Assembly: GCA_964016885.1 (NCBI GenBank)
Contig: OZ024747.1
Location: 81,468,001 to 81,532,000 of the forward strand
From: Eledone cirrhosa
Lineage: Eukaryota
DNA: 64,000 nucleotides
Direction: 5' to 3'
Of this stretch, positions 39,676 to 55,305 are shown one piece after another. The notes under the pieces are model-generated. The model ran no database searches, was not told where the DNA came from, and saw nothing but the letters and a program-made list of their open reading frames with translations. A program made the translations under genes and the position numbers. Every line of letters starts with the position of its first letter. The stretch's first letter is position 1.

Positions 39676-40015
39676 AACAAAGGAAAAAACAAGCATACAC
39701 ATATTCACAAGTGTATGTATGAATATGCATGGTCACATTTTTTCTCCATCTATTTTGTGTTCTTGTCATGACTATACTTATTAAATAAATGATTCATCAT
39801 ACATAGTGTCTGAGTTTTAGTACTTTTATGTGTTAGTGAAAGAAAAGAAACACATGCACATATAAACAAATAAAAATATCACTCAAAATATAATGAATAA
39901 ATAAATTATTTTGACACTAAAAAAGTCAGTTGACTGTTTTCGAGTTAATAATATTATATTCTATTTCTGTGTTCATTTTAACTTTGTTATTGTCTTATCA
40001 TTTCACCCCACTCTA

Positions 40016-40058
<43 letters not shown>

Positions 40059-41020
40059 TTTTTAATTCCTTCTTTTAGTTTCAATGATCTTGAGAATATT
40101 TTTGTTACATTTTACCTTGTATAATCTTAACTTTTCTTTCTTTATCTATTTCCCTCTCCTCATTCTTAGTTTATCTTTCTCTCTCCTTCTCACTATATAC
40201 ATATATATATATATGTATGTATGCATGTATATATATATATATATGCATGTATATATATATATATATGTATGTATGTATGCATGCATGTATATATATATAT
40301 GCATGTATATATATATATGTATGCATGTGTGTGTATATATATATATATATATATGCATGTATATATATATATATATATATGTATGTATGCATGTGTGTGT
40401 ATATATATATATATATATATTTATATATTTTATCTCTCTCTGTTTTATCTCAATTTTGTTTGTATGTATGTGTGGTTCAGAACAATTTAATTGATTTTTG
40501 TTCAATAAATAATCTGTTTGTTTGTACATTGGACTTCAATGAAAATTTAATAATAAATAAATAAAATGAATGAAACTGAGGTGAGGGGGCGGGGAGAAGA
40601 AGTTGATTAATGAAAATAACAATAAAACCAATGATAATGATGAAGATGATAACGATAATAAAAATAATGATAATAATAATACTGGTGGTAGTAGTAGTAG
40701 TAGTAGTAGACATAATAAAGTAGAGAATAAGTGTAAGAAAGTGACAGTAAGATAGAAAAGAATAAGAAAACGAAAGACCAACAACAACAACAGCAGAAAC
40801 AACAACAACTGTAACAACAGCAACAGTAACATGTTTTAATAATAGTAATAAATAAAATAAAGTTATATCGAAGAAAACAAAAATATTATTAATTAGGACA
40901 TACTAGTGTGTTGTTGATTTAATGTTGTAATTTTAAGTTTAACTCTTTTTCTTCTTACAAGCGTTTGGTCATTTATTTACCATCAATAAAATATATTCTT
41001 AATCTGGTTTTCAAGCCAGC

Positions 41021-41375
41021 ATATACATAGATGCATACACGTACACACACACCTTCAGACATATGCAGATATACATGCACTAATACATACACACAAATAT
41101 ATACTGATATATACACACATAATACTTCAACACAAAGAGACAAACCGGTACATACATAGATGCATACATGTACACACACACCTTAAGACATATGAAAATA
41201 TATATGCACTAATACATATACATGAAGACATACACACACACAAATATATACAGATATATACATACACACATAATACTTCAATACATACACACACACAGAC
41301 AAACCAGTACATACATAGATGCATACACGTACACACACACACACCTTCAAACATATGCAGATATACATGTATTAA
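41021..41375. repeat. Three imperfect tandem copies of a ~130-160 bp CA-rich unit
   Basis: atacatagatgcatacac/tgtacacacacacctt recurs at about 41023, 41152 and 41311. Confidence 0.8.
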
Positions 41376-42222
41376 AACTTACACATGAACAGATACACAG
41401 AAATATATACAAATGTATACATACATACACCAACCCATGCATATACACACCCAAACCAATACATACATATTCACATACAGCACATACATGCATATCAACA
41501 CACACAAACACACATATATATATATAGACATGCACATCAACATATACAAACACATGCATATACACATTCCAACCCACACATAGACACACATACACAAACC
41601 AATACATATTCACATACAACACTTACACGCACATCAGCACACACAAACACATACATATTCATATGCACATCAACACACACAAACACATACATATACATAT
41701 GCACATCAACATACACAAACATATATACATACCAACACACATATAGACATACCCACTTGTGCGCCTATCATAAAAGAATATAGAAATATAAAAAATAGCA
41801 AACAAAGGAAATGATCTTAATTGAAAAGTAAAGAAAAAAATGAAATAAATCTTCAAATCCATAAAGATCAATAAATTGTAAAACCAGATGGACAGAATGA
41901 ATGTTTTCAATAAAGCATAGTTGTAAGTTTTGCTGTCATGATTATACACCAAGGACCAGTCAATAGAAGCTACACTGGCTCACTTTCAATGAAATGTGAT
42001 GTTAACTAGATTTTTTCAAGTTTGGAAGTAATTGATAAGGGAAAAAATTGAAAAAATAGGAAGAAAAATAAGAGAAAATACCTAAATCTAACATACATGT
42101 ATCAATTTGTGAATGTGTGTGTATGTGCATTTTATATGTGTGTGTGTATATATATATATATATATACAATGCAAGCGTGGAACATGGACGTTAAACGATG
42201 ATGATGATATATATATGTATAT

Positions 42223-42345
42223 GAGACACACCACAACAGAAACACAAACCCACCATCTCGATTTTACTTTTGAAAATCATAAGAACTGTGAAACCAATAA
42301 AAGTAAATAAATATTCTTAAACGACTCCATTTTCAATTTCTTTTC
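42223..42345 (+). mobile_element. Single-arm copy of the 28773 family
   Basis: tttactt-ttgaaaa-tcataagaactgt-gaaa-ccaa-ta-a-aagtaaa...cattttcaatttcttttc. Confidence 0.7.
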
Positions 42346-42400
42346 TCTCTGTCTCTGTCTGTCTGTGTGTATGTGTGTGTGTGTGTGTGTGTGTCTGTGT

Positions 42401-42590
42401 GTCCCTATCATTCCACTGTAAAGTGGTCGTGTAGGTGCCATGGAAAAAAAAGCACCCATCACTCACTGTAAATGAGGTTGGTGTTAGGAAGGGCATCCAG
42501 CTGTAGAAATCAAGCCAGAATCAGTTCCCGTCCCACCCTTGCAAGGGAGGGAAAAGTGGATGTAAAAGATGATGATGATGATGATGATGA
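42401..42590 (+). mobile_element. SINE family B 3' half
   Basis: tccctatcattccactgtaaagtggtcgtg...cccgtcccacccttgcaagg...(gat)n. Confidence 0.88.
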
Positions 42591-42734
42591 TATATATAAT
42601 ATATATCTTAAATTGCAGTGATACAGCTTTGAGTCTTAAAGACTAATTCTATCTTTTGTAGGAATATCTTAAAAAAGAAAGAAATTCCATAAACATACAC
42701 CACATGGTATGGCATCACATTAATTATTATTGTA

Positions 42735-42840
42735 TCCCGCCGAGGTTGACTTTGCCTTTCATCCTTACGGGGTCGATAAAATAAAGTACCAGTAATGCAC
42801 TGGGTAATTGCTGGCCTTGTGCCTAAAGTAGAAACAATTA
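42735..42840 (+). mobile_element. SINE family A 5'-truncated copy
   Basis: tcccgccgaggttgactttgcc...gtagaaacaat with TSD taattattattgta on both sides. Confidence 0.88.
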
Positions 42841-45800
42841 ATTATTATTGTAATTGTTTTAAAGTTAGTCCTTTATACACATATATACACCAGGTCTGAA
42901 CAAAAAAGAACCAAACCCTCACTGTCACTATCTTAATCTCTCCCCATCTCTCACTATTGTGAGCAAATGGGAGCCCACACCCTGGCCGCCCCATGGCATG
43001 AACAAACAGAATAGACAAGGTGTTTCACTGGAGGATTGTGAGCCATTCCAGCTTGCAAGTTGAAGAGGTAAGTCTTCATGTTTTCAGTTGACCCTATACA
43101 ATGTAATCGTGCTTTTCATATTAAAAATATCTGATTCGGTTAGCTTATTTTCTTGATCTACATCTACTTCAACTTTCCACCATTAACTCATAAAAGGATT
43201 TCATTCAATATGGTCTGCATGCATATTTACATGTCTACATAAGAAAATCAATTCTTCCATATAATACCCAATATCCATCTGCTTTTACTTCATTTCACTT
43301 TCACTCTGTTTTCTAAACCTAGATTTCATGTCTATACAATTATATATCATTCTACCTTCATTACTTTCATAACTTGTTTTCAGGTTTCTATACATTTGAA
43401 TACTAGTTAGAAGAAATTGTTTTCCACTATTTTAAACTGTATTGTTTGTATCATAATGTTGAAATTATGATGATATTTTCTGTAAAATATGGAAGATCTC
43501 TGGTGCCAAGCATCACTACACTATGACTGAAATAATTGTGTTAGTAAGGAAGAGATGGTTTTAATTGACCTTACATGAATAGTAGATTTGTGGTATTACT
43601 TGACAAAGGAAGTTTTACAGAGTAATAGTCTTCTGGAATAAATGTAACTTTTGTTATGGTATTAGAAGAGAGAGAAAAACAATTATAAATAGTGAAATAC
43701 ATAGAGCATAATGTTCTCAGTAAGTTGAAATATGGATTGCATCCAACCAGTAGATTCTGAATAGCAGAATCCTTAAAATGAAAAACAAAAGAGTCACAGA
43801 GAAAGTACAGTAACAGGAAGAATTTATGAATCTGAAGTGATGAAACATAGTTATACAAATAGTATAGTTACAAATTTCAAATTTCAAAATCTTCAATGAG
43901 AAAACCAATGATTTTAGATGGTAATTATAAAATGAAAAGTACTAAAAATGTTAGTTAGTCCTAGACTGCAGATATGATATTTTAGGGTAGAATTTATTTG
44001 AACGAATTCAGAGTGTAATGTAGTTTATTTCCCTATAAATAACATTTGAGTACTAAGTATACTGTCAGACCTCTGTTGGGTAGTGTGGTGAAAGGCTTCA
44101 ATGATAAAATGTATGGCTATCTCAGCAAAAGATATATTATATTCTGATAATGAAATAACATGGCAGTTTGAACCATTGGCTTTAGATAATATGGCGCTAT
44201 TTGCAAATGACAAGTCATTTAGAATACGAAATAGGTGTGGAAGATGATAGACATTTCAGTTACAACAAATTTAATGGTGTCAAAGATTTAAGCAGGAATG
44301 TTAAACCCAGCTGATTATGTTAATCAGTGATTTATTTCAAGACAGATTGAAAACTAACTGAACAAAAATAAGGGCAGTGAAAGTGTTAGTACTCTGCAAT
44401 ATTTGTACTAAATAAAAAATAGAACAACATAATGTAAAAAGGAATCTTCAGTTATGCAAAAGGCTTATCAGCTCTTTAGGACTGGTGCCATGAGAACATT
44501 CCCTCAAAATACCATGTGAAATAATTAGCATTATAAAAGGCACAGCAAACCTTACTGCTAATGGCACATTAAACTGTACACTCTACACTCAATAAAGTGG
44601 TAGGTGTTAGGAAAAACATTCAACTATAGAAACCATGCAAAAATAGAATATGTCTGGATGAGATGTGATGCACCTCCCACCCAACATGCTACAGAGATCA
44701 GTAGCTCAAGTAAAGTAATGACACAGTCTGTAATATCCTGTCCAATCCATGCTAGTATGGAACAGCAGACAGAAGAGGATGATGATGATCTTGTCATCAG
44801 GAATTCAACTATCTGAGATGTTATGCTTTATATTTTCAAAAGCCTCATATACACATGTATATGTACAAGTTTGCTGATACATACAATTTTCAAAACATGC
44901 AGTGAATTATTTTTAACCCTGAAAAATTGCAGTGGACTTGACAGTAATCTGATTACAAATAGTCTGACTAAAATTTTGAAACCACAAAATAAGTAATAAT
45001 TGTAAAGTGAATGTAACAGATTTTGTGGGATGTTTAAATGACGAAAATATCTTTCAGATTAAGGCATTTGCAGTGAAGTACAACTCTGAAATTCCAAATG
45101 TATCAGCCAAGCTATAAAAGTTGTGAGGGACACTGTTACATGTTGCCTAAAAAACATAACAATTGTGAAGCAAATTCACTTCATTAAACACTGCATCTCT
45201 ATACAAAGAAGGTTCTTGGGAAAAGTTGAGAAACTTGTTCTGCAAGAAGGACACTATTTCAATTATTCTACTTAAGGTGAATATGTGGTCGAATTGAGTT
45301 CCAAAAGGATAAGAAATGAAAAGAATATCTCAAGTTAGACATATGAAAGTATTTGAACTGAATCTAATCTGTCAATATACCATCAATCTATTTAGTTATC
45401 TATCTTTAAATCTGTTATTTATATATTACTGTGTGTATATGTTTAAGTGAGCTTATTTAAGTATGTGTTTGTAAGTGAGTTTATATTAATGTGTGTTAAC
45501 ATGTGATCATTTGTTTGTGTGTAATGTCTTTTTTTTTTATTTGCTAAATATCAGATTTAACCCCTACTCTTTTGCAGTAAAGCTTCTAGTTTGGCTTTCA
45601 ACCATATGCACACACACACACACACCATCTGAATTTTAATATTATCTTTCCATACCCAACCATTATATAAGTGTAGACTTTTTCTGTTTTTGTAGCTCAT
45701 TCAATATCTTCATCCAATATGTGTCTAGGTTACTGGTTTATATTGAATTCTATTCATAAAGAAAGACAACAATGTAATATCAAATAAAAAGATAGAAAAC

Positions 45801-48800
45801 TACTATTTGGAAGGTCTTGGTGAGTGCCAATAGAAAGATTGTAAAAAAAATAAATAAATAACATAGACCAAAAAAATACAAAAACAAAACATAAGCAAAT
45901 CAGCATGAGCAGATTGCTCATTGTCAGTAATTTCTTTTGAATAGAGGAACTGGAGTATGAGGGAGACTGAGTGGAATGGTGGTCAGAGTTGGGTAGAGGT
46001 GGTTAATAACTTTTTTCAGAAGTGTGGAATTTATTTAAGTTAGAAAGTCAATGTGATTTGCTTTGTTTATTTGTTTGTGTGAGTGTGTGTTTGTCTCTGT
46101 GTGTGCATGTGTGTATATATATATATATATGGGTGTATCAAAAAGAGAATATATTTTCAAATGCACGCACACACACACAGATTTGTATGTAATATATATA
46201 TATGTGTGGGGGGGGGGGGTATGTGTGTGGGTTTGTGTGTGTTTGTTTGTGTAAGTTTACAGTTATTAAATATCGAAAAACTAAGTTGTACATCATAATG
46301 AAATAGAAAGTAGTCTAAAACACAAATAAAAGATGCTATGAAAAAGAAAAATAACACTAATAATAGATAACGAAATAAAAACCATTTGAAATGAGCCACA
46401 ACAGTGAAGTAAGAATAAAAATAAAGTTTGTCTGTTGTTCTTCTGACAGACTTTTCTTCTTTATGTTTGTATAATTCTAATGGTTGGCTGCAGATTCTTC
46501 TTTACTTAGAAATATTCAACACAAATTTCACTTTATGAAAAACAGATAGAACTCTTCTTTTTTTTTTCTAATATTCATCCCCCCACCCCACACACCTAGT
46601 ATTTCTTTCTTTGTATGTCACAGTTCTACAGCTGTTTTGATATACACTAGTCAGAGTAGTTAAAAAGAAATAGCTGACACTTCAAATGTATGCAGTTGGC
46701 TGCTTAGTAGCAAGCAGAAAGGGCATCTAATTTCAAAAATACTTGCTCTAACACTATATAAATGTCTACAATTTGTAAGACAACCATTTGATCTAGGTTA
46801 ATCTCGAAAATGAATGTGAAGCCATAGAAATAAGATAAAAATAAAATGTCAGATATAAATAAAATCTCATTCCTGTCATTCATTCTAGTACAATGTAGAT
46901 TGTACCATCATATTCTACTGAACTATGCAAGACTTTCCCAGTTACTTGAGTCTCTACAAAGTGTCAAGTGTTGACAATCTATGATAGGTTTTATATATCA
47001 GGGAGCATTACAAAAGGATTTCAGCCTTTAACTATAAACCATGAAAGTCTAACATAAAAACATAATCCCAATTTTGATTCCATCACCAGGATGCTATTTT
47101 TAGTTATTCAGGAACTTATTTTATCAATTCTAGAAAGATGAAAGGCTAAACTAACTTAGGCATTAATGCAAGATTCAAAACTCAATGCTGAAAACGTATT
47201 CCGATTGCATATCGATTCCAGTTTGCTTACATTTCTAACAATTTATCTGCAGTTGTCTAGCCACATGACAAAATAAAAAAAGAATTAGAATATTTAGAAT
47301 ATTTAAAGTATTAAATAAATAAACTAAAACTCATTTCCTTGGCACATATTTCATTATAACACTTTAAAAAAAATGTCTTTCTGAAATCTGTTTCACCTTC
47401 ATAATATGTCACATTTGAATATTCAGACAACGAATATATTGTGTAATGAGAAGGATGTGTATCAGTGCATATATACCGATCAGACTCTCATTCAAAACAC
47501 TACAAATTAGTAAATTAAACAATTACATACATAACATTGACTGCAGCTATTCCACAATTTGTTTCCAGAGTTTCAATTTAGAAAGGCATTTGCATGTAAC
47601 ATATTATACACACATATACACACATGTTTTTCATCTTTTGTATAGCTGAATTATGCAAGACTGCACTCAAGGCTTTTACAGATCCTCATAGGATGTTGTG
47701 AGAAAGGAGGTAAATATTACACTTTTGAAAGATATATGTTGGAAGTGTGTGAATTCTAAAGGGTTGAAAATGTTGAGGATGGAATGAATAAAGTGGTTAA
47801 TATGTATTTTGATGATGAGATACAACAGAAGTGACATATTCTGAATGAGATATTTATATATGTAGATATTATATATCATGATGATATTATATAATATATC
47901 AAAATCATCATTTAATGTCTGTATGCATTTACATTATATATAGAAATACACACACAAACAAACACATAAACATACACACAAACACATAAACACACACAAA
48001 CAGACATACTTATGTACTGAATAGCACAACATGAAATGAAACAAACATGCCGAGGACACTGCAATCCTCTCTCCAACGCCCTATGAACTCTCCCCCACTT
48101 TAATACCCTGCCCTCACTTGCTAAATATCCCATGCACCTAATTGATGTCAAACTTACTTACCTTTGGTCTGGTACATTTTTTATCAATCTCAAAAGGATG
48201 AAAGGAAATATTGGCCTTAGTGAGTTTGATCCTACTGAGCAGCAAACACCTTGAGCAAGTAACTTTTGTAAAAGCTTCAAGTTGACTTTGTGGGTTAAAC
48301 TGGGTAAATGAAACTATGCAGAAGATTCGTCAAAATGCTGCACTTATTTTGGGGTAGGGGACATAATCATTCACATGGGTTAACACCAGTACCACCCAAC
48401 TCCTGGGTATATTTAACAGTGTCCAATTTGTAGCAATGTCTTGGACCAAGTTGCCTATCTGAAGATGACTTAAATTTTGGGGTGTATTCCTTATTTTCTC
48501 TCACCAATCTCAGAACCCTTTCAAAAGATCACAGGTGCAGCCCTTTCTCTCACGTAGCCATAAAGAAATCATTATAACTACAACTATGTTTGGCCAAAAA
48601 GCTTCCAGCTAGCTACCATCAGTCATCTTTACCAGTCTGCACACATTTGCATTAATTTCTCTGATACAAACACAAATATATATATACATGGGGGGTATGT
48701 GTGTGTATGTCTGTATGTACTAAAGTTTTATTTCTTTGTTGTACACCTAATAATTCCATAGCATTATGTACATTAATTATTCTTGCATATGTAAGACTGC

Positions 48801-50027
48801 ACTACTGTTATTTCTGGTATTAATTTAGCTTCTACATTTTTAATAAGAACATATCTTTAAAACAAATCTAAACTGAATAACATAATTCATAAAATAATAA
48901 ATGATAAAAACAGTTTATTGCAATTGGTCTATTCTATATAATTTTGTTGTTTTAGCTCAGGAAGAGATATAAGTACATATTAGTTGAAAGTTAAAGGAAT
49001 ATGAAATAAAAACACAACACTTTATAAGTATACAGAAAATTAATGTACAAAATAATTGTAATATTTATGGCATGAGCATTCTATTTTAAATTATAATATG
49101 CCAATAAATATTTAATATATTAAAATAGTTCATATGAGTTCAGCTGACCCTTAGATGGCCTTGATGCAGTCATGTCAATTCTAAATACATCAGCACAGAG
49201 AATATAAAAGTGAACATGAGGAAAGAGTGGATGGGGGTGTAGTTATAAAAGCAAACTTCTGGTTTCCAGGATACATTGCAAAGCATTCAAATAAAACAAG
49301 ATATATTTTAATGATTACCAAATAAATGAGAAAAGCAATAATATGGTGGAGTGGATGCATTTGGAGGGGTTGGCATATGATCATTATACTTAGTCCTTTC
49401 TCAGCACTCATTTTACTTTCATTAGTCAAAATCCCATAACATCAGGTACTAGAGATTAATATCCGTGGGAACTGAACAGTTGTATTGATTGGAAGGGAAA
49501 GTGCATAGGCATTTTCTTTTTAGCAGTCAAGATGCATTTCTGTGTTTATGTATTTATAATGCATTAAAAACATACACGCACACACAGAGAAAGGGAATAA
49601 GAAATATATAAGTAAATGTGTAGCAATATGTGTGAAAGAATCAGTTAAAGAGAAAAAGAGAGAGTTTCACCAGTCCTATAGGCCAGGAATATACTAATAT
49701 GCAGTATATTTATGTGCATTAAGAAGTTAATTTGATATAAATAGAATATTATTAAATGAATTTAAAAAATACGTAGATAATATTGTTGGAGGTGTTGGTG
49801 CCAGTATCCCGGAGTGAAAAGAAAGATGTTTAAAAAATATATATTTGTAAACAGCTGTGCATGAATAATTATGTGAGTGAAAGTGAGAGAAAGAGTTTGT
49901 ATGTGTACGCTGTTGTACATCATGCATACCAACATACATACATATTCATACATCTATTTACATTCTATGTAAATAGAAGGGAGAAATGACAAATTAAAAA
50001 TGTTATTTTCTTAATCTCTGTTATGGA

Positions 50028-50062
<35 letters not shown>

Positions 50063-50783
50063 TATATATATGTGTGTGTGTGTGAGTATGTATGTCCATA
50101 ATTTGTTATAAATAACAACGAAAATACAAAAATATATGAAAATAAAAATAAAAACCAAAAGCAAAAATAATACAAATTATTACTTCTTGCTGAGAAAATC
50201 AAAAGTATTTCTGTGAAACAGTTTGAATTCCAAGATGATTTTTAATATAGTGTATATATTATTTATGAATGTTGGCTATATTTCAATAGATTTCTTATGA
50301 CTAAGATACATAACAAATTTTGTTATGGGGAGTAGTATAGTTTAAAGATAAAAACATTTCATTTATATTACTTGTATATTCTGTATAATTGGTGACTTGG
50401 CAGAATTGTTAGTGTGAAGATTTTTCGGGCTTCCAGTGCTTTAAGTACAAATCTTGCCACGGTTAACTATGCCTTTCTTCATCAGGAGATCAATATATGA
50501 TGTACCTGTCTAGATACAATGATTGGTGGAATTGTCAGAATATTGGACAACATTTTTTGCAGCATTTGACTCTTTATATTTTGAGTTGTAATTCATTTTC
50601 GCACATGCACATGCATCATCAAGAAAATTTACAGCAAATAATGGCACTAGCATCTCTCTCCAATCAGACAATACTCCCATTAACTCAATAGTTTTGTGCT
50701 GTTAGTTTAGTGGATTTCGTGCCTTCAAAATTTACTGGAAGCATTACATCTTAAATCTTAAGCAACATATTATATTCATCTCT

Positions 50784-51007
50784 TTAACCCTTTAGCATTT
50801 ACATTACTCCATATATACTATTGTATTTTCACAGTAAACACTTTATCTCACATAATATTGAATCTATGAGATTTTGATATTATTTATTTTTTTATTTTGA
50901 GAACAATACCGTAACATTGATAATAGTGGCCATTTATGTCTGGTTTGAACAGGCAGAGGTGAGAGAATTCTGGTCAGATACGCCCGGTTTCAATACTAAA
51001 GGATTAA
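50784..51007. mobile_element. TTAA-flanked (piggyBac-like) MITE
   Basis: ttaa-ccctttagcatt ... aatactaaagga-ttaa (TIR with 2 mismatches). Confidence 0.7.
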
Positions 51008-52488
51008 CTCACATTAATGCAGTTGCTCAAACTGTTGGAAATTATTTCTAATTTAAACACAAGGCCAAACATTTGTGGAGATGTTTAGGTTGATTATATT
51101 TAATCTAGTACTTTACTAGTATTTTATTTTATCAACCATGGAAGGATAAAATTCAAATTTCACCTCACAGGGATTTGAAATCAGAATGTAAAGAGTCATA
51201 ACTAAATACCAAAAAGCATTTTTGTCTACCAGTCTAACACTATTTCCAATCCACTATGCACACCTGTTTCAAATAACAACCAGATATCCTTCAAACTACA
51301 CCTTACTGCCTTAAAGAATATACATGTCTGCTCAGTTAGTGAGCTGACCTGCAGATAAGCAACATCAACAATAAATCACATCAACTTTTCTCTGGCCCAC
51401 TTCCTGAATATCAAATGAAACGTAACACAGAAATTCAAGACAATCTTGCTAGGGACCATTATTACTATGTAACTGTTTTCTTTCTCAGTTATTCTCATAC
51501 TGCAATTCTGCGACTTATAGTTGACCTCCAGTCAAAGTAAAAAAAATTCTGCCAGCAAAAGACTCTGAACAATGTATTGGCCTCTGTAGAGATTTAAAAG
51601 AAAATAAAGGAAATAAAAAAAGAAACTTGGCAGTACATTTAAATTTTCCCATCTATCTGTGAACCAATGTTTTAAAGTGCCAAGAACCAAATAGCATTGT
51701 TTAGCTGATTGTAAACTCTAATACAATATTCAAAATTGCTGGACATTGTTTACTAAATTCTAATTATTTGGATACCACATGACTTTAGAAAATGGAAAAG
51801 GCTAAAAGAAAATAGAGAAGTGTATGCAGTCTTAATTAAATTTCTATAGTTTAATAAAAGTTTCAGATCAAAGGCGAGCAAATCCAATAACAAATGCACA
51901 TGACCTTGTTGAACCATGCCAGAGAATATTGGAATTTGTATTATAATGTAAGGAATTTGGATATGTGAAATCTTCCCACCACAAAAGGTTTAGTCCTTCT
52001 TAGAGAACAATTAAGAATGTACAAGAGGAATAAAGAGAATAATGATTACTTCTAAACTGGAACATAAAATTTTAGAATTATGGTGAGCCAAAGATAAAAA
52101 GGAAATAAAAATAAAAATTGACTTTCATCCCTTTCCCAAAAAGTTTGAAAACACAGCGGAACCAGTTCTAATGAAATCAGTTTGAAGACTCAATCAGTCA
52201 TTAACTATGGCCACAGCATTGTATTTGCAAGAACAATAATGGTTATAATTACCTATATATATGGACAATGCTAATATTGTAAAGAGATGAAATATAGGAT
52301 TTCAAATGATCTCAATATTTTAATGGAACATTGCATTTCACTTTAGCATTTTATGAGGAATGAAACTTAAAATCGACTCTGGATGAATGTAAACTCCTAA
52401 AGCTACACCACTAGTTTAAAGAAAATAAGTACAAGGCTTCATAGTTTATTGAGCCTTCAATTCTTTCTACTGAAATATTAGAAATAAT

Positions 52489-52565
52489 TATTTCTACTTT
52501 TGGCACAAGGCCAGCAATTTCACCAGTGCATTACTGGTACTTTATTTTACCAACCCCACGGGGAT
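52489..52565 (-). mobile_element. SINE family A 3' fragment
   Basis: ttctacttttggcacaaggccagc...caaccccacggga with TSD tgaaatattagaaataat on both sides. Confidence 0.85.
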
Positions 52566-53749
52566 GAAATATTAGAAATAATATCTTAACATTGTATCTA
52601 ATATCAACAACGAAGATAAAGTATACTGCCACTTTTTTATGTTATCATACTAAAAGTACCTATTACTCTACTTGCTACTGTAAATGAGATATAACTGAGT
52701 ATTATATAAGCAGGTGTAAAGTCCTTTACTCTGATGATTAATCTGTATATAATCAACATTCAGAATCAAGCAACACTAACATGAACAAAAAGGATGTTAA
52801 ACTTCTACTTCAAATCAACAAAATAAAAAATACAAGTAAAGAAAGATACATTACCAAAGAATACAATGCAAAACTTTTAATAAGATAAATAACTGTAACA
52901 AGTCTTGCTTATATAGTTATAAAGTCTTAGAAATTTTGTGGAGAAGATTTATAGCTTTCACAAGAGTATATAATATAAGTGAAAAAAATAAATATCTGAG
53001 AAGATTCCAAATAGGAAATTAAACCTTGCCATGGGTTTAGCTTTCCATGATTTTACCTGTATATCTATGTTTCAAACTTATAACTTCAACAGTAACAACA
53101 AAAATATTAACACTTTTGATACCAAGACATCTAAAACACCTTGATTCTACAATTCAAAACTGTTTGTTTTAAAATGTATATATTTATCTACTAACCTTCT
53201 ATCCTGATTTTATGGAGGAGCCTTTGCTGAATTATGTTCCAAATACTATCTTATTTGAAATCCATAGGGAGTGTCTTTCATTAGAAGAGAACATCCATAT
53301 AGCCACATGACCAGCAAGAAATAGCTGCCAATTCTCCCTTACATCATCCAACCATCTTCAAGAGGATATATTGTATATATTGTAGTCAAAAGATAATTTG
53401 TGTCTAAATAAAATATGGGATGGTCATAGCTGGAATATATTTGATCATAGATCTTCTTGATCAAGGTGCAGATGTGGCTACTACCAGCAACCCTAGTAAT
53501 AACTAAGGCTGAAGTTCATAATGCTCAGAATCTTTATTATAACATACAAATTTTTGTATTTCCAAAGCATAAAGCTATAATCTACACAAAAATATGTCTA
53601 ATATTGTATTCCAACTGAGTGTACTAATAGCAAAAATTGTGTGCTACCTGTCTCTCTAAGATGAAAATGTCATGTATGTATGTATGTATGTATGTATGTA
53701 TGTATGTATGTATGTGTGTATGTATGTATGTATGTATGTATGTATGTAT

Positions 53750-54925
53750 CGACACCACCTTAAGCAATTGGAGCATTTCCATCAGATGTGTCTCAGACGG
53801 ATCATGGCGTTCACTGGAGGGACCACATCAGTGATGTCGAGATTTTGGAAAGCTCTATGTGTGACAGTATAGAAGCTCTTGTGCTTAAGCAATGACTCCG
53901 TTGGAGTGGTCACCTTGCCAGGATGAAGGATTCTAGAATACCAAAACAACTCTTTTATGGAGAGTTGGTTAAAGGAAAACGACCGCCACATAAACCAAAA
54001 AAGACGCTAACATCTCTGCTGATACATGGGGAAATATTGCTGCTGATCGTAATAAATGGAGAAAGACAGTATATGAGGGAAAAGTTGCCTTTGAGGCATC
54101 TCGAATCGCATACGAGAAAGTAAAGCAGGATGTGAGGAAGGGCAGGGTCCTCCTACGGTGCTGACATGCAGCGTCTGTGCGAGACTCTGCCTAAGCAAAG
54201 CTGGACTCAAAAGTCATCTTCGCAGTCATAAAGTAAGACTAGTGGTTGACTACCAGGCTGCTGTTGGAGATGCTACTCATCATGCTTGCCAAACATGTGA
54301 TGTACATCAGCAGGAGGGCTCAAGCGAACTCCAATCACAGCTGACTATTCCCAGTGAATGTTTTGGTTGCCGACTCTGTGCAAGACATTTTAGATCATTG
54401 GCTGTGCTAAAAAGCCACATTCGATTGCAGCGCTGTTAGTTGCTATCGTGTGTGTGTGTGTATAGGTATGTTTATGTGTGTGCGTGTATATGTATATATA
54501 TATGTATATTATTATTGTTATTATTATCGTTGTTATTATTATTATTATTGTTATTAATGTATATGTGTGTATGTATGTGTGTGTGTCATCATCATCATCT
54601 CATTTTACGTCCACCTTTCCCTGCTTGCAAGGGTGGGATGGGAACTGATTCTGGCTTGATTTCTACAGCTGGATGCCCTTCCTACCACCAACCTCATTTA
54701 CAGTGAGTGCTGGGTGCTTTTTTGCCATGGCACCTCCACGACCACTTTGCAGTGGAATGATAGGAACCCCAGTCCCTATCATCTCATTTCTACAGCTGAG
54801 TAAACTGGAGCAATGTGAGATAAAGTGTCTTGCTCAAGGAAACAACACATCACCCGGTCTGAGAATTGAACTCACAACCTTTCGATTGCAAGACCAATGC
54901 TCTAACCACTAAGCCATGTGCCTCC

Positions 54926-54982
<57 letters not shown>

Positions 54983-55008
54983 AAAATAAAATAAAAATTA
55001 AAAAAAAG

Positions 55009-55102
<94 letters not shown>

Positions 55103-55139
55103 CTTTTTTTTAATTTTTATTTTATTTTTTATTTATTTA

Positions 55140-55173
<34 letters not shown>

Positions 55174-55305
55174 TTTTGTTCTCCTCATGCAATGGCCATA
55201 CTCAATAACGAGGGGGGAGCCATCATATATGTATGTATGTATGAATTAATTAATAATGGTATATCGTGCAATGGCCATACTCGATAACGAGAGGGCAGCC
55301 ATCAT
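53750..55305 (+). mobile_element. Second, more degraded copy of the C2H2-finger RTE LINE; 3'UTR interrupted by a SINE and 3' tip duplicated
   Basis: RHHLKQLEHFHQMCLRRI, LRWSGHLARMKDSRIPKQLFYGELVKGKRPP and C2H2 fingers at 54158-54439. Terminal motif at 55188-55226 and again at 55266-55305. Flanked by (ATGT)n. Confidence 0.88.
54586..54922 (-). mobile_element. SINE family B, full length, nested in the 3'UTR of a C2H2-finger RTE
   Basis: Reverse complement is nearly identical to 31608-31946, with a (GAT)n tail. Confidence 0.92.

Noticed and set aside
43600-45320. Possible degraded hAT transposase
   Set aside because: Faint resemblance (LQMTSHLE) only. No TIRs or convincing motif series found by eye.
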